The notes beneath the pieces were generated by a model. It made no database searches and was not told the origin of the DNA. It worked only from the letters and a program-made list of their open reading frames with translations. A program made the position numbers and the translations under genes. DNA of 63,037 nucleotides, counting the filler, from Octopus bimaculoides (Eukaryota), in the NCBI RefSeq assembly GCF_001194135.2. It is 6 parts of 5 records of this genome, joined end to end, with 100 filler letters (N's around TTAATTAATTAA, not from the genome) between each part and the next. Parts side by side here need not be neighbours in the genome. Positions count along the whole stretch, not along the records: positions 9,439 to 37,750 come from NC_068989.1; 5 more parts are not named here. One strand, given 5' to 3'. Each line of letters starts with the position of its first letter. Within the stretch, counting starts at the first letter, position 1. Of this stretch, positions 11,979 through 23,608 are shown one piece after another.

Positions 11979-13644
11979 TCCATTTTGTGGGGTAGTTCAG
12001 AGCCAAGGAAATCAATATGCAACAATTAGAAAAGTTCCGAATGTGAAAATCCTTGGACATTGACCTCTTGGTTGGCAAATGGAGTTTCATACTTTTATAA
12101 TAGCTTTGTAGATTCAGGAGGTCGAAAAGAAGAAAAATTCTAGTAGTCCTATATTGATAGCTGATGGGACAATCAAAAGTTTTCTTGGACTGTATTTTGC
12201 CTCCACATCTGAAGAAAAATTAATAAAACTAGCAAAATGTCAGAAATAACATGAAACTGGAAAACAAAATGAATCAAAAGCTATTTGGTAGCCTAATACA
12301 TATCACATCAAATTTTGTATATCATCACATGAAAAATGATAACAACTGCTAGTGCTTCCAAAAGACGGAGGAACCACATTTACAATTACGTCCAATGTTG
12401 AAATCCAACAGATATCATCATTTCTTGGCCAGAAAAACTGACTGACTTTAGGATGAAGGAACTTTACATTAACATCAAAGTGTTCAACTGAAACATAATT
12501 TGTCACTCCAAAGTACCAACCAATATCATACTAAAACACATAGTATGACCCTGATGGATATTTTCAATTGAAATAGAATTTGCATTATCTTGCAGTAGCA
12601 GTCTTGATGAATGATTTCCAGATACAAGGCTCATGGAGATGTCGTTACCACATGGAATAAATTCATGGTTTCCACATGTACCTCTGTATTTGGCAGAGTT
12701 TGAAAATTGTGTATCTAGAAACTGTGACACCTGGTTAAGTGACTTGAGAGAAAGTGGTTACTACATTGATCTCTTTCCTGGCAAATTTGAACAACTGCTT
12801 TAGAGCTTCTACTCTGAGACTGCTTTTTGCAGACTTGCTTGTGCTGTTAACCACTTGATTGTCCCACTGTTATCACTAGCATTTTAACCATGTGATGTGG
12901 CAAAGAAATGCCATTCTGCTTTTAACTGAAAATCTGCTCATGGAAGATCAAATTAGAAAAGTTCTTGTGGTTTTTGTACTGTACTGATGATCCGTCACTG
13001 AAATAAATAATCTCTATTTTAGGAAACTTAGTTTCAGTAATTCATCAATCAGTACCTTTCCTATTGAGCGTCTGTAACTTTCCATTTTACTCTGAAATCA
13101 TAACACCATAAATGTTTGTATTTGTGTTCAGAACTACAGAAAATGCAATGTCTTTACTTATATCAAGGCAATGACTACTAACTTTTCTTCATTAAAACTG
13201 CAACACATTGGTATTCTTCCAAATGAGCATTCATTTAAATAAAGTCAGTATGTTGCTCTCTTGGTTGGAAAAGTGAACAGTTGAAAAAGTTTCAAAAGGT
13301 GCTTTACACACTAAGAACTTATGAGATGAGATACTAGATATTAGGCTAGCAAATTGCTTTTGATTCATTTTGTTTTTCACTGATTCATATTATTTCTGAC
13401 ATTTTACTAGTTTTATTAAATTTTCTTCAGGCTTGGGGGCAAAATACAGCCTAGGAAAACTTTTATGATTGTCCCATCTACTATCTACATGAGACCAGTA
13501 GAATTTTTCTTCTTTTTCAACCCCCTGATTCTATAGAGGTATTATAAAAGTATGAGGCTCCAATGTCCAAGGATTTTCATGTTTGAAAGTTTTTGTAATT
13601 GTTGCACATTGATTTCTGCAGCTCTGAACTACCTATAAAAATGA
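11979..13644 (-). mobile_element. Sola-like (Sola2/3) DNA transposon, decayed transposase between ~310-bp inverted repeats
   Basis: 11979-12298 is inverted at 13339-13644. Minus strand reads IIYFSDGSSVQYKNHKNFSNL, AEWHFFATSHG*, GTIKWLTAQASLQ, FLHPKVSQFFWPRNDDICWI, with stops and frameshifts. Family name from memory. Confidence 0.65.
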
Positions 13645-14556
13645 TCTGTCACAAAATACACAACTTCATGGAAAAGAACCTGCTTTTAAACAGGCTCAGT
13701 CAGGGAGGACCTAAACTTAAGCAATATTGGGCCACAGTAGGCACCTCTAAGTGATTACATGTTCTACTAGAAATTGCAGCTATATTTACCTAAATTTGAA
13801 TCCTTCAGTTTTGAAATTTGAGGACTATATTGGGTAATGTAGTCCTGGATATACAATGCAATAATGAAGGTGGGAAAGTTAAAGCTGAAATGCCTTACAT
13901 CATAGTCTGGTGATAGAATGTTAATCAATATTTTAACACATAATCTGAAGGTGTAACTGTTGTCTGCAAATATGTAGACTTCACATAAGATTGTTTGATG
14001 TAATTTTAATAACATATTAAAAGGTAAGTTCATTTGGTTGAGTAATGTTTTATATCTATAGTTGATCAATATTGAAATATAATAAATTTTCCGCTGTTGG
14101 TCCTCTAAGTATTCTTTATAGTTTATACTGTTTCTTTATTATTTCAGAATATCAGATGACATTGGCATAAAAGAATATTTTACTTCAGATATATTATCAA
14201 TATTTATTATCTTTGAAAGAAGATTTGATAGAGAACAGATATAACCTTGTTAATATAAATCTGTGGTAGAATCACTGTGAAATTGTTCTTCTGAGTGAGA
14301 TTATTAGTGATATTTCTCCTCCTCATTAACTGGAATACATACAAGATGATTTTGCATTCTAATTAATCTCAGACAAATTTGCAAAGAAGTTTAACCTGCT
14401 TTAAATATCAACAATGGTTACAGTTAATGGAAATATAGCAGTATAGGAATATATAAAAAAAGAAAACAAGGAAAACATCCAAATATTGTGGTGTGAGAAT
14501 AAAAATTATGGAAAAATTTATGTGAGAAACTTAAAGGATTGCTTTAATTGCAAGAT

Positions 14557-15669
14557 ATGCCAAAAGAGATAGGCAAATCAGCATATACCTGTGGTATCTG
14601 TAAAAAGACATTCTCTAAAAAGGGTCAACTTACTATTCACAAACGCATTCATACAGGAGAAAAACCTTATCACTGTGATATTTGTGGTGTATCATTCTCT
14701 GAAAATAGTCACTTAACTACTCACAAACATGTTCATACAGGTGAAAAACCATATCATTGTGATATCTGTGGTAAATCATTCTCTCAAAGCAGTAACCTGA
14801 CTATTCACAAACGTATTCATACAGGAGAAAAGCCATTTCACTGTAATATCTGTGGTAAAACATTTACTCAAACAAACCAATTAATTGCTCACAAACGCAT
14901 TCATACAGGTGAGAAGCCTTTTCACTGTGATATCTGTGGTAAATCATTCTCTGTAAATGATCACTTAATTAAACATGTACGTGTTCATACAGGCGAGAAG
15001 CCATATCATTGCAATATATGTGGCAAGACATTCTCTGGAAGTGGTGACTTAACTAAACACATACACATTCATACAGGGGAAAAACCATTTCACTGTGATA
15101 TTTGTGGTAAATCATTCTCTGGAAGTAGTGTCTTAACTATACACAAACACATTCATACAGGAGAGAAACCATATAACTGTGATATCTGTGGCAAATCATT
15201 CTCACAGAATCATCATTTAACTAATCATAAACGTATTCATACAGGAGAGAAGCCATATCACTGTGATATCTGTGGTAAAGCATTCTCTCGAAATCATCAC
15301 TTAACTACTCACAAACGTATTCATACTGGAGAGAAACCATATCACTGTAATATCTGTGGTAAATCCTTCTCTGAAAATGGTGTGTTAACTAAACACAAAC
15401 GTATTCACACAGGAGAGAAGCCTTTCCATTGTGATATCTGTGGTAAATCATTCTCTGAAAATGGTGTATTGACCAAGCACAAACGTATTCATACAGGAGA
15501 GAAGCCATATCGCTGTGATATCTGTGATAAATCATTCTCTGAAAACGGCCACTTAACTACTCATAGGCGTATTCATACAGGAGAGAAACCATATCATTGT
15601 AATGTCTGTGATAAATCATTCTGTCAAAATAGTCACTTATCTACACATGTCTGTATTAATAAAAATTAG
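14557..15669 (+). CDS. Tandem C2H2 zinc-finger protein, 370 aa, 12 complete fingers plus 1 lacking the last His
   Basis: Unbroken 28-aa repeats CX2CX3FX5LX2HX3H with TGEKP linkers. First in-frame ATG at 14557; candidate acceptor ttatttcag at 14147. Confidence 0.92.
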   Translation: MPKEIGKSAYTCGICKKTFSKKGQLTIHKRIHTGEKPYHCDICGVSFSENSHLTTHKHVHTGEKPYHCDICGKSFSQSSNLTIHKRIHTGEKPFHCNICGKTFTQTNQLIAHKRIHTGEKPFHCDICGKSFSVNDHLIKHVRVHTGEKPYHCNICGKTFSGSGDLTKHIHIHTGEKPFHCDICGKSFSGSSVLTIHKHIHTGEKPYNCDICGKSFSQNHHLTNHKRIHTGEKPYHCDICGKAFSRNHHLTTHKRIHTGEKPYHCNICGKSFSENGVLTKHKRIHTGEKPFHCDICGKSFSENGVLTKHKRIHTGEKPYRCDICDKSFSENGHLTTHRRIHTGEKPYHCNVCDKSFCQNSHLSTHVCINKN

Positions 15670-15712
15670 TAAATATCAATGTCAAAATTTAATTTCATGA
15701 AAGAAATCTAAT

Positions 15713-15985
15713 TATCATCATCATCACTGTTTGACTTCTGCCTTCTATGCTGGCATGGACTGGGTGGGCACTGCTCACCTAGATGGGTTGGGGAATTGCA
15801 TTTTGCTTGTATGATTCATTTTTGGCTAGATTTCTATGGGTAGATGCTCTTCTTAATACCAACCATATTATAAAATGTCCTTGATGCTATTTTTGAGGCT
15901 CCAATATGATAGAAGTTATCAATTTTTGGACAACACTAAAGGTTTCTTGGTCCCATGTCTCATTCACCAACCACTTTACAGAATA
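15713..15985 (-). mobile_element. Degenerate family D SINE-like copy
   Basis: (atc)n start and gatgctcttcttaataccaacca, a decayed reverse complement of tggttggcgttaggaagggcatc. Confidence 0.55.
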
Positions 15986-18900
15986 CTCCGGGTGGATTTA
16001 TAGTGTCAGCAATATAGCATGGTTACCACTTGCCTTGAAGATATGAGAGTACTTATTTCCCTGAAAAGTATTCTTTCAATCAGGGTGATGAGGTGAGGTA
16101 TGTGCAAAAGTGTGATAGCAGAAATGGAGTGAATGATGGATGTCTATATCATATGGTCCAAGAGTAGGTGAAGTATAGGAAGGGTAATGACAGATTGGTT
16201 TTAGGGTGGATAAGGCAGCTAGGGTGATTAGGATGAAAGCTGGATAGAGTGTTGGAGTGATGAGAAGGCTACATTACACTAGGAGAAGGTTGTAGTGAAG
16301 AGCAAAGATCTATCCCTCACTGACAGCCAAGTACAGGGAGTGTGAAAAAATGAGAGCAATAGAGGTAAGAAGTGAAAGGCATAAGTAGAAGCATTAATGA
16401 GAGAAATGAATGATTAGTGAGAAGAGGATTGATAAGAGTACCCTGTATTCTGTGATATGTACATCCATGCAGGGTTACATAACCAAGAGAGTAGAGCAAT
16501 GATCAGAAAGCAATGACACAGGAGATAGATTGATGACTATGGAAGAGCCAGGATGAGTGAATGAGTATGAGAAAGATTATGATGGTAGAGAGAATAAATG
16601 ACTGGCTGTAAATAAAATAGCAGTGAAGGCAGTTATTGAATACAATAGTTTCGAGAAGTCCCATATCAAAGAATAACATGAATGATAACCAGAAATGTAT
16701 TCACACAGGAAAGAAAATAAACATGTGATAACAAACTCCCAACATATTACATTGGTAAGATAATTTATCATTATAATATTTTTAGTAAAATAATTATTTC
16801 AAAATACTGTATACATTCTTTCTAATACTGTATACATTCTTTCTAACATATTTCCAGCAAGAGAAAAGTACTACTGATTTGTTCGATGTGGGTGAATAGT
16901 TGGGAAATGTATTCTCCAAATCAGGGATAACATCACTGTTTAGTTGTATTACAAATAAATACACAAATGATAAAATTGAAATATTTCGTCATACTTTAAT
17001 GGGATATTCATATGATATCTTAAGTATATTCTGCTGTTAAATTTATTATGTTTATTCCATCAAAGGATGATTCTGTTGTTGGTTACATTGGTATATAATT
17101 TTACAGTTTACTTATGACATGATGGTTAAGCTGAATGTTAATTAGAAAGTATCAATGAACCCTTTAATATAATATAAATGCAAAATAGGGGTGGGGGCAT
17201 AATTTGTCAGTTAGACATATTTGTAATAAAAGATATCACCACCATTCTTGCAATCTTTTCTGATCTAAACTGAATTATAGGTTCTGGCATCACTTTTTAT
17301 AAATATTCTTAATAAACTGAATTTAAATAAAACTAATTCATTTTTTAATTATTCTCCTGTCATTTTACATGTAAAACCTCTTGCAACAACTTGTGCTGAC
17401 ACAACCATAAACTATAGAATTCACAAATTTAGTCAATATTTGATTAAAGTTGCACGTTTCCCTAAATTGATCTCCATTAAATGTTTACTTTGTAGTAATA
17501 CAATTTACTGACATGATTCAATACTGAATACTAGATGTTAGAGATTATCATGCAGTGAATGAAAGAAAAACATAACTTGGTACATAAAATGATAATGATA
17601 TTGGTTATCTAAAGAATATGTGATTAGCCAGTTGGCCGACAGGAGACAAGGGAGAAGAGAGTCTAAAGAAAATATATTTCCGTTACCAATACTGTTAAAA
17701 TGCAACAAAATATAAAAACTAACATATGTGATACATTGTTATTCATGATGTCTAGAACAAACATTTCAGTAAGGTATTGCAGTTATTATAAAAGATATAA
17801 CTGAATTTTTGCAGTTCTTGTATGGTTTTAGGTGGAATACTGGATATTACAATAAAAGATGAATTTCATATAAAAAAATATATTGTAGTTAAAAACTGCT
17901 TGAAATTCCTAATTTAACCATTTTTGAGTGAAACTTTAGAGTTGGGATAATGTGTGAATCATATAAAAATATCAAGACATTTTTATAATCATTTTGTTAC
18001 CATATTTCTGTTGAAATACATTATCTTTCAATTATTTTATCAAATTGTGAAGAATTTAGATAACTAAGTTATTATTATGCTGGTGTTTAGAACATAAATT
18101 GACATTTTTTGATAGAAAATATTAACTTAGATCATTTAAAAACAGGAAGTTTGTGTCCCAGAAAAAAGGGATAGCCTCGGGTAGATTGATTTTTAAAATG
18201 TTAAAGTTCCTTATTTAGAGCAGTGGAGTTGGTGGAAACAGTGTTAAACCAACTTTTATATTCTACCTTATAGAGTTCTAGAAATCATTGATATGAGTTA
18301 AATTTATACTAGGCTAACTGTATTTTTCATTAATGTGAAGTGATATAGCCCACATGGCAACATCTAGGTATCATCCATTTGTAATTTCTGAAAGTGTATT
18401 TTTATGTCCAAACTTTCTTTTCAGTGCCAGGAAATATTCCATATCTGACCATTTGATAACAGGTTACAAATCTAAAGAGATGTCCATCAGTGCTCTCATC
18501 TCTGCTTGTGTGTACCTGAAATATTTCAGAAATAGTATATTTTATCGTAATTTTTTTTGCATATTTATTTCCATACTTACCTTCGGCAGTGCAGTACAAA
18601 TTTTTGTGATATCTGGACCTCTATTTATTAATGAAAACGATTAAACACAATTTTTGTTTGTTATTTCTTGATGGAAAAAAAAAACATGGCTTCCGTGCCA
18701 TCAACACATACACACATACAGAATACACATACGTCCGCTGTGACATATACACACTCAGTCTTCGCGCTCTTTAAGAAGAAAAAAAACGTTGACTTTTTGA
18801 CGTACACAATATTTTAATTCTTTAGAAATATTTTTAACTGAATCTGATCAAAAATGTAAGTTGTTTGTACAGTAAGTATTTATATTTTAGTTTTCTTTAA

Positions 18901-19156
18901 ACAGATAATATTTCAATGTTTTTTTTTTTTGTTTTCAAGTGAATAATGATCTTTCTCTTGTCATCCAGAGTTCGTTAATTTCCGTTAAAATTTTTTATTT
19001 ATTCACTTTTGCTTTAAAGTGAAAGATGTATGTACATATATATGAAATGGATGTGCATGTGTGAAAGACAGAGAGAGAGAGAGAGAGAGAGAAAAGAAAG
19101 AGAAAGCGAGAGAGAATGAGTGAAGGGGTGTGTTGTCATGTATACGTACATACATT

Positions 19157-20042
19157 GGATCTTTTCCCTTTGAACGGCACATCGAGAAATTAATTTTTTG
19201 TAACTAAACACTTCCAAACTTTGGACACTGGTAGAATGTGTCATATAAAAGATCTTTTACTCTTAGTGTTGTTGAGAAAAGTTTATATTTTCAAAGTTAT
19301 TTCGTGTTAAAGTTGTCGTATTTCGGTAATTTCAACCAATTAATGACGTATTTAGCTGAATAAAATTACTGCCATTGTTTGTCAACAACAACTATTGGTG
19401 ATGTATATTTCGTTTGTCACTGTTATTTGACATCGTTTGTGCGTTTGTACTGGTTTTAACTTTAGGGTAAGGGTTAGGGATAGGGTTTTAGAGTTAGGGT
19501 TAGAGTATTAGGGTTAGAGTATTAAGGTTAGGGTTAAGGTTTTAGGGTTACGGTCAGGGTTGGGATTTTAGGGTTAGAGTTACGGAAAATGTGAAAAAAT
19601 GAAATTTGATGGGTGGCAAAATGTCTTTCCGAAAATAGTAGCTGAAAAACAGGGAAAAAAAAAACTAAAAGCAGTAGAAATGCACGAACGATTGTGGTGG
19701 TGCCATGAAGTAAACATGTTTCAGATACACTCGTTTATTCATACAAACGTAACTGAGATGAAATATGTCATAAATAACAGTGACAAACGAAATATACACC
19801 GCTGGAAGTTGTTGACGAACAACAGCAGTAATTGTTTTCACCTCAATAGACGTCATTGATTGGTTGAAATTACCGAAATACGACAACTTTAACACGAAAT
19901 AACTTCGAAAATACACAATTTTCTCAAAAACGCCAAGAGGAAATGATGTTTTATGTGACACATTCTACCAGTAGACGAATTTTGGAAGTGTTTAGTTACA
20001 AAAAATTATTTTTTAAATGTACCGGCCAAAGGGAAAAGATCC
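19157..20042. mobile_element. Foldback element/MITE with ~280-bp TIRs and telomere-like core
   Basis: Ends ggatcttttccctttg / caaagggaaaagatcc; arms ~19157-19435 and ~19760-20042; flanked by CA/TA-rich microsatellite. Confidence 0.85.
19462..19585 (+). repeat. Degenerate interstitial (TTAGGG)n tract
   Basis: About 19 hexamer-like units, about 7 perfect TTAGGG, plus ttagag, ttaagg and ttacgg variants. Confidence 0.85.
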
Positions 20043-20320
20043 CATACATCAATACATGCGTACATCCTTTTTGTATATACGGGTTCATGTGTGTAAGCGT
20101 GAGAGAGAGAGTGCGTAAGTGAATGAGTGTGTTCTCGTGTATGTGTAAATGGCTCTCTCTCCACTTAAAAGCAAAAGTCTTTAAATAAAGATTTTTTACA
20201 GAAATTAACAAACAAAACCAGCTGATCTGCATGACAGTTCTGAGAATCAAAGCGAAAGATCGCCCCAAGGGAATACCATTACAAAGATTTTTTTGAGTGC
20301 ATTCAACGTATCTCAGCTCC

Positions 20321-20439
20321 AAAGATTTGGCTGCTATTTCTAGCACGCCCTGCTACCACGTAACAGCTATTTGCGATAAAGGACCCGAAATACTTGTTAC
20401 GTGGTAGCAGAACGTGCAAGAAATAGCAGCTAAATCTTT
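20321..20439. repeat. Inverted repeat, 45-bp arms, 29-nt spacer
   Basis: 20321-20365 vs 20395-20439, 4 mismatches; a related arm sequence at 24006-24028. Confidence 0.85.
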
Positions 20440-20673
20440 CCTTTTCTGGGGAAAGGGGCTGTTTACGCGTGATTTCGATGTCACATTCGTTGAAAGCATG
20501 CGAAATAACATAGAAAAATTAAAAACTACGAAACAAAACTCTGTTGCTGGGAAACTCAGACTTTTCAGGTGACCCAACGAGAACAATATGAGAAAAATAA
20601 GGCATGTTTTGTGACATTTTCAAAGCATTTGGTGTAATGAAAGATGTTTCCTAGTAAACAATCATTTAGATAG

Positions 20674-23608
20674 CATTATAGTTTTGTTTAAGCTATACGC
20701 AAACAAACTAGTGGAGACTAGAATACATTTATCAAAGCTTTATTACTTTCCGTACATCAGGGCTTAAGTCTCATTACTCCGGCACTCGTGATTCGATATC
20801 CCAAGAAGTCGATTTCTGTCGCACCGAAAACGCACTTGGCGGGGTTGATTACTAAACCATACTGTTCCAGCCTATCAAAAAGAGTCACTTGGTGCTTCTT
20901 ATGTAGCCCTGCGTTTGGGCTTGCAATAAAGATATCATCTAGGTATGCAAAATTAAATCGAGACCTCTGCACACAAGTGTCTATCAGGCGTTGTAAGGAT
21001 TGTGCTGCATTTTTCAGCCCAAAGGGTGTACGTGGGAATTCGTACAGACCGAAAAGAGTGATCACAGCGGTTTTCGGTACATCGTCGTCTTGTACTGGTA
21101 TTTGGTGATATCCCCGAATGAGGTCAACCTTGGAGAAAACCGAGCACACAGCTAGCTGGGTTGAAAAATTCTGTATGTTTGGAATGGGGTAGCGATTAGG
21201 TGTCGTATCCACGTTGAGACGGCGGTAATCTCCGAAGGGTTGATAACCTCCGTTAGATTTGGGGGCCACTTGCAGGGGTGATGACCAGGGACTGCTTGAT
21301 CGGCGAACTATGCTCAATGCCTCCATATTGCTGAACTCGGCTTTTGTGATTGCAAGTTTGTCTGNNNNNNNNNNNNNNNNNNNNNNNNNNNNNNNNNNNN
21401 NNNNNNNNNNNNNTGATAGACGATGTGCACGGGGGCGGGGGGTTGTGGTGGAGATGTGGTGTGTCACCTTGTGGCGGGCTGTAGGTTTGGAGAATGTCGG
21501 AGTGGTAAGATTGGGGCGACTTACAAGAAGATCCGAGAATTCATTCTTGGTCTGCGAGGGGGGGGGCAAGTGCAGATGCTGCAAGAGGCACAAAAGCGTA
21601 TGTGTTGTTGTAGAGGAGTCGTCTTCCCCGCAAATCAACCAGTAGCATGTGTGCTCGAAGAAAGTCTGCACCGATTATGGGCTGATGGACATCGGCGATG
21701 ATGAATGCCCATGTGTATTTTCGTGTGCCGATGTTGAGAGAAAGGGTGCGTTGGCGGCTGTTAAAGGTTGGCTACGCTCTCCGTGACGGAGGTCCCTTGC
21801 CGACTTCTCCTGTGTCGATTAGGAACCTGCGTCCGGAGCTGCGAGTTCGGACATAGAGGAGCATTTGGTCATGTCTGCCGGCCACCAGGGCGTTCAAATG
21901 GTGGCCGGCCCTGGAGTTTCCGTGGGTCACTAGTGAAGGGGTCCTGAAACTACATGGTTGTTTGCACTTTGTCGCATTTTTTCCGAACTTTGCGTGGTAG
22001 AAGCATAGGTCATCATGTTTAACCCTACCCTGTCTCGGGGCCGAACCTATGGCGTTGATCATGACACTACTGGATAAAAAAATGTTTGTCAACTGCCTTT
22101 GCTAATTGCCGCAGGTCCTTGATTTCGGTCCGAGTTATGAGAGCCTGGACTCGGGGTGGCAGCTTGCGGAGGAATGTTTCCTTAAATCGAAAAGGTGACT
22201 CACCGGGGGTGAGGAAAGAGAAACTAATGTTAACAACCTGTGCATCAGTTCCGAAGGCTTGGAATTGCTCAATTCCTCCTCGAGTATCTTGGTTGCCGCT
22301 TCTTTTTCACTGCGTCGGAATGTATCCACTAGCCTATCTTTTAATATGACGTATTTTTCGTTGGTGGGGGTTGGGTTAAAATGTTCAGCACTCTTGTTGC
22401 CGTATCGTCGTCTAATGCCGCCACAACGTGCGAGTACTTCGTTTGGTCGGTCATTACTTTGTTTATATCGAAATGAGTTACCGCCTGCGCGAACCACAGC
22501 TCAGCCCTCTTAAGCCAGAGCTGTGGTAGTCTCAGTGTTGTTTTGTTGCTAGTCAAGTTTGTTTCGATAGCAAGAGCTGTTGTTCTATCGTCGGGGTCAC
22601 TAGTTACAGCTTTGTTAAGTTATACGCAAACAAACTAGTGGAGATGAGAATACAATTTTTTGTAAACGACCGTGCGAAGGAGAGGTGACGGGAATGGCTC
22701 CTTTAGTACATCACACGGTCGATACAAATAAAATATGAAATAGGATAAATGAGTATAAGTGCCAGAAGGAAAAGAGAGACACAACCGGGGTAGACTGTTT
22801 AAGAGAAGATTTTATTTATATGTTAACATGGGTGTGCGTCATATATGCATAATAATAGACAGACCGTCATGTATACAAAGTGTGTACGTACAAACATGGA
22901 TGTGTGCGATAAGTACTGAGCATTGAAAGAGTCTATATGACGTTAGAAGAATGTTCAGACACAAGAATGATAAATACCAGTTCGTAGTCAATGTACACTA
23001 TAGTTGAGATGCTGTATCAAGAAGTTGTGGCTGCAAGGCAGAGCCGGTTGAGGTACTGTCGTATAAGAAGTTGTAGCTACGATGCCTTCTCTTGTTACAG
23101 AAGGTTGTATTTGCTGTTAACCATGGTGAAACAATTCACAAACAGTGTGGAGATAGAAACTGTGCGAACGTTGCTGGTTGGTGTGTACATAGAGAGATGA
23201 TGTTGCCGTTAAGAAGATAGAGATTGCCGTATGCTGTTGATTAGTCTCCATGTGGCTGCTATTGTGTCATCGCTGGAACTGACTTCGACTCGCTGTGTTG
23301 CTGAAGTTTTATAGCATGCAGTCGGCTCACCGGAAGTTTAGAAAAGACTGTCCCACGTGACCTTATCTGAAGGCTGCGATTGGTTGGGTTGCATCTTGGT
23401 GCGCAATAGAGCAAGAAACAAATTGCACCAATACCAACCAATCAGAGTAGTGGACACAACAGGATCCAAATGGGCGGCCGAAGGTTAGCTGTTATCTACT
23501 ACGTCTGTATTTATGTATATATATAACAGATCGAGAGGAATTTCCCTTAAGTCGCACGCTACACATTTATTAAAGGTTTATTACTTTACGTACATCAGGG
23601 CTTAAGTC
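20674..23608 (-). mobile_element. Ty3/Gypsy LTR retrotransposon (CsRn1-like), decayed, lacking RNase H and integrase
   Basis: PBS tagtgaccccgacg (22589-22602, tRNA-Trp-like); gag LPQLWLKRAELWFAQ and CFYHAKFGKNATKCKQPC; protease FLIDTG; RT with YRRLN, DLIRGYHQIP, PFGLKNA, YLDD; ~97-bp direct repeats at 20674-20770 and 22600-22660 plus 23564-23608. Confidence 0.92.
22661..23563 (-). mobile_element. LTR-like insertion nested in the Gypsy 5' LTR
   Basis: TGTAAACG...CGCTACA ends; 23180-23563 homologous to 4870-5304; interrupts gaatacatttat, which is intact at 20721-20732. Confidence 0.75.

Noticed and set aside
11385-13720. cttaagtttagg / cctaaacttaag as the outer Sola termini
   Set aside because: Only a 12-bp match; the flanks do not align and there is no TSD.
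16100-16760. Purine-rich stretch, perhaps an old RTE LINE
   Set aside because: I could not recover a convincing protein motif in any frame.
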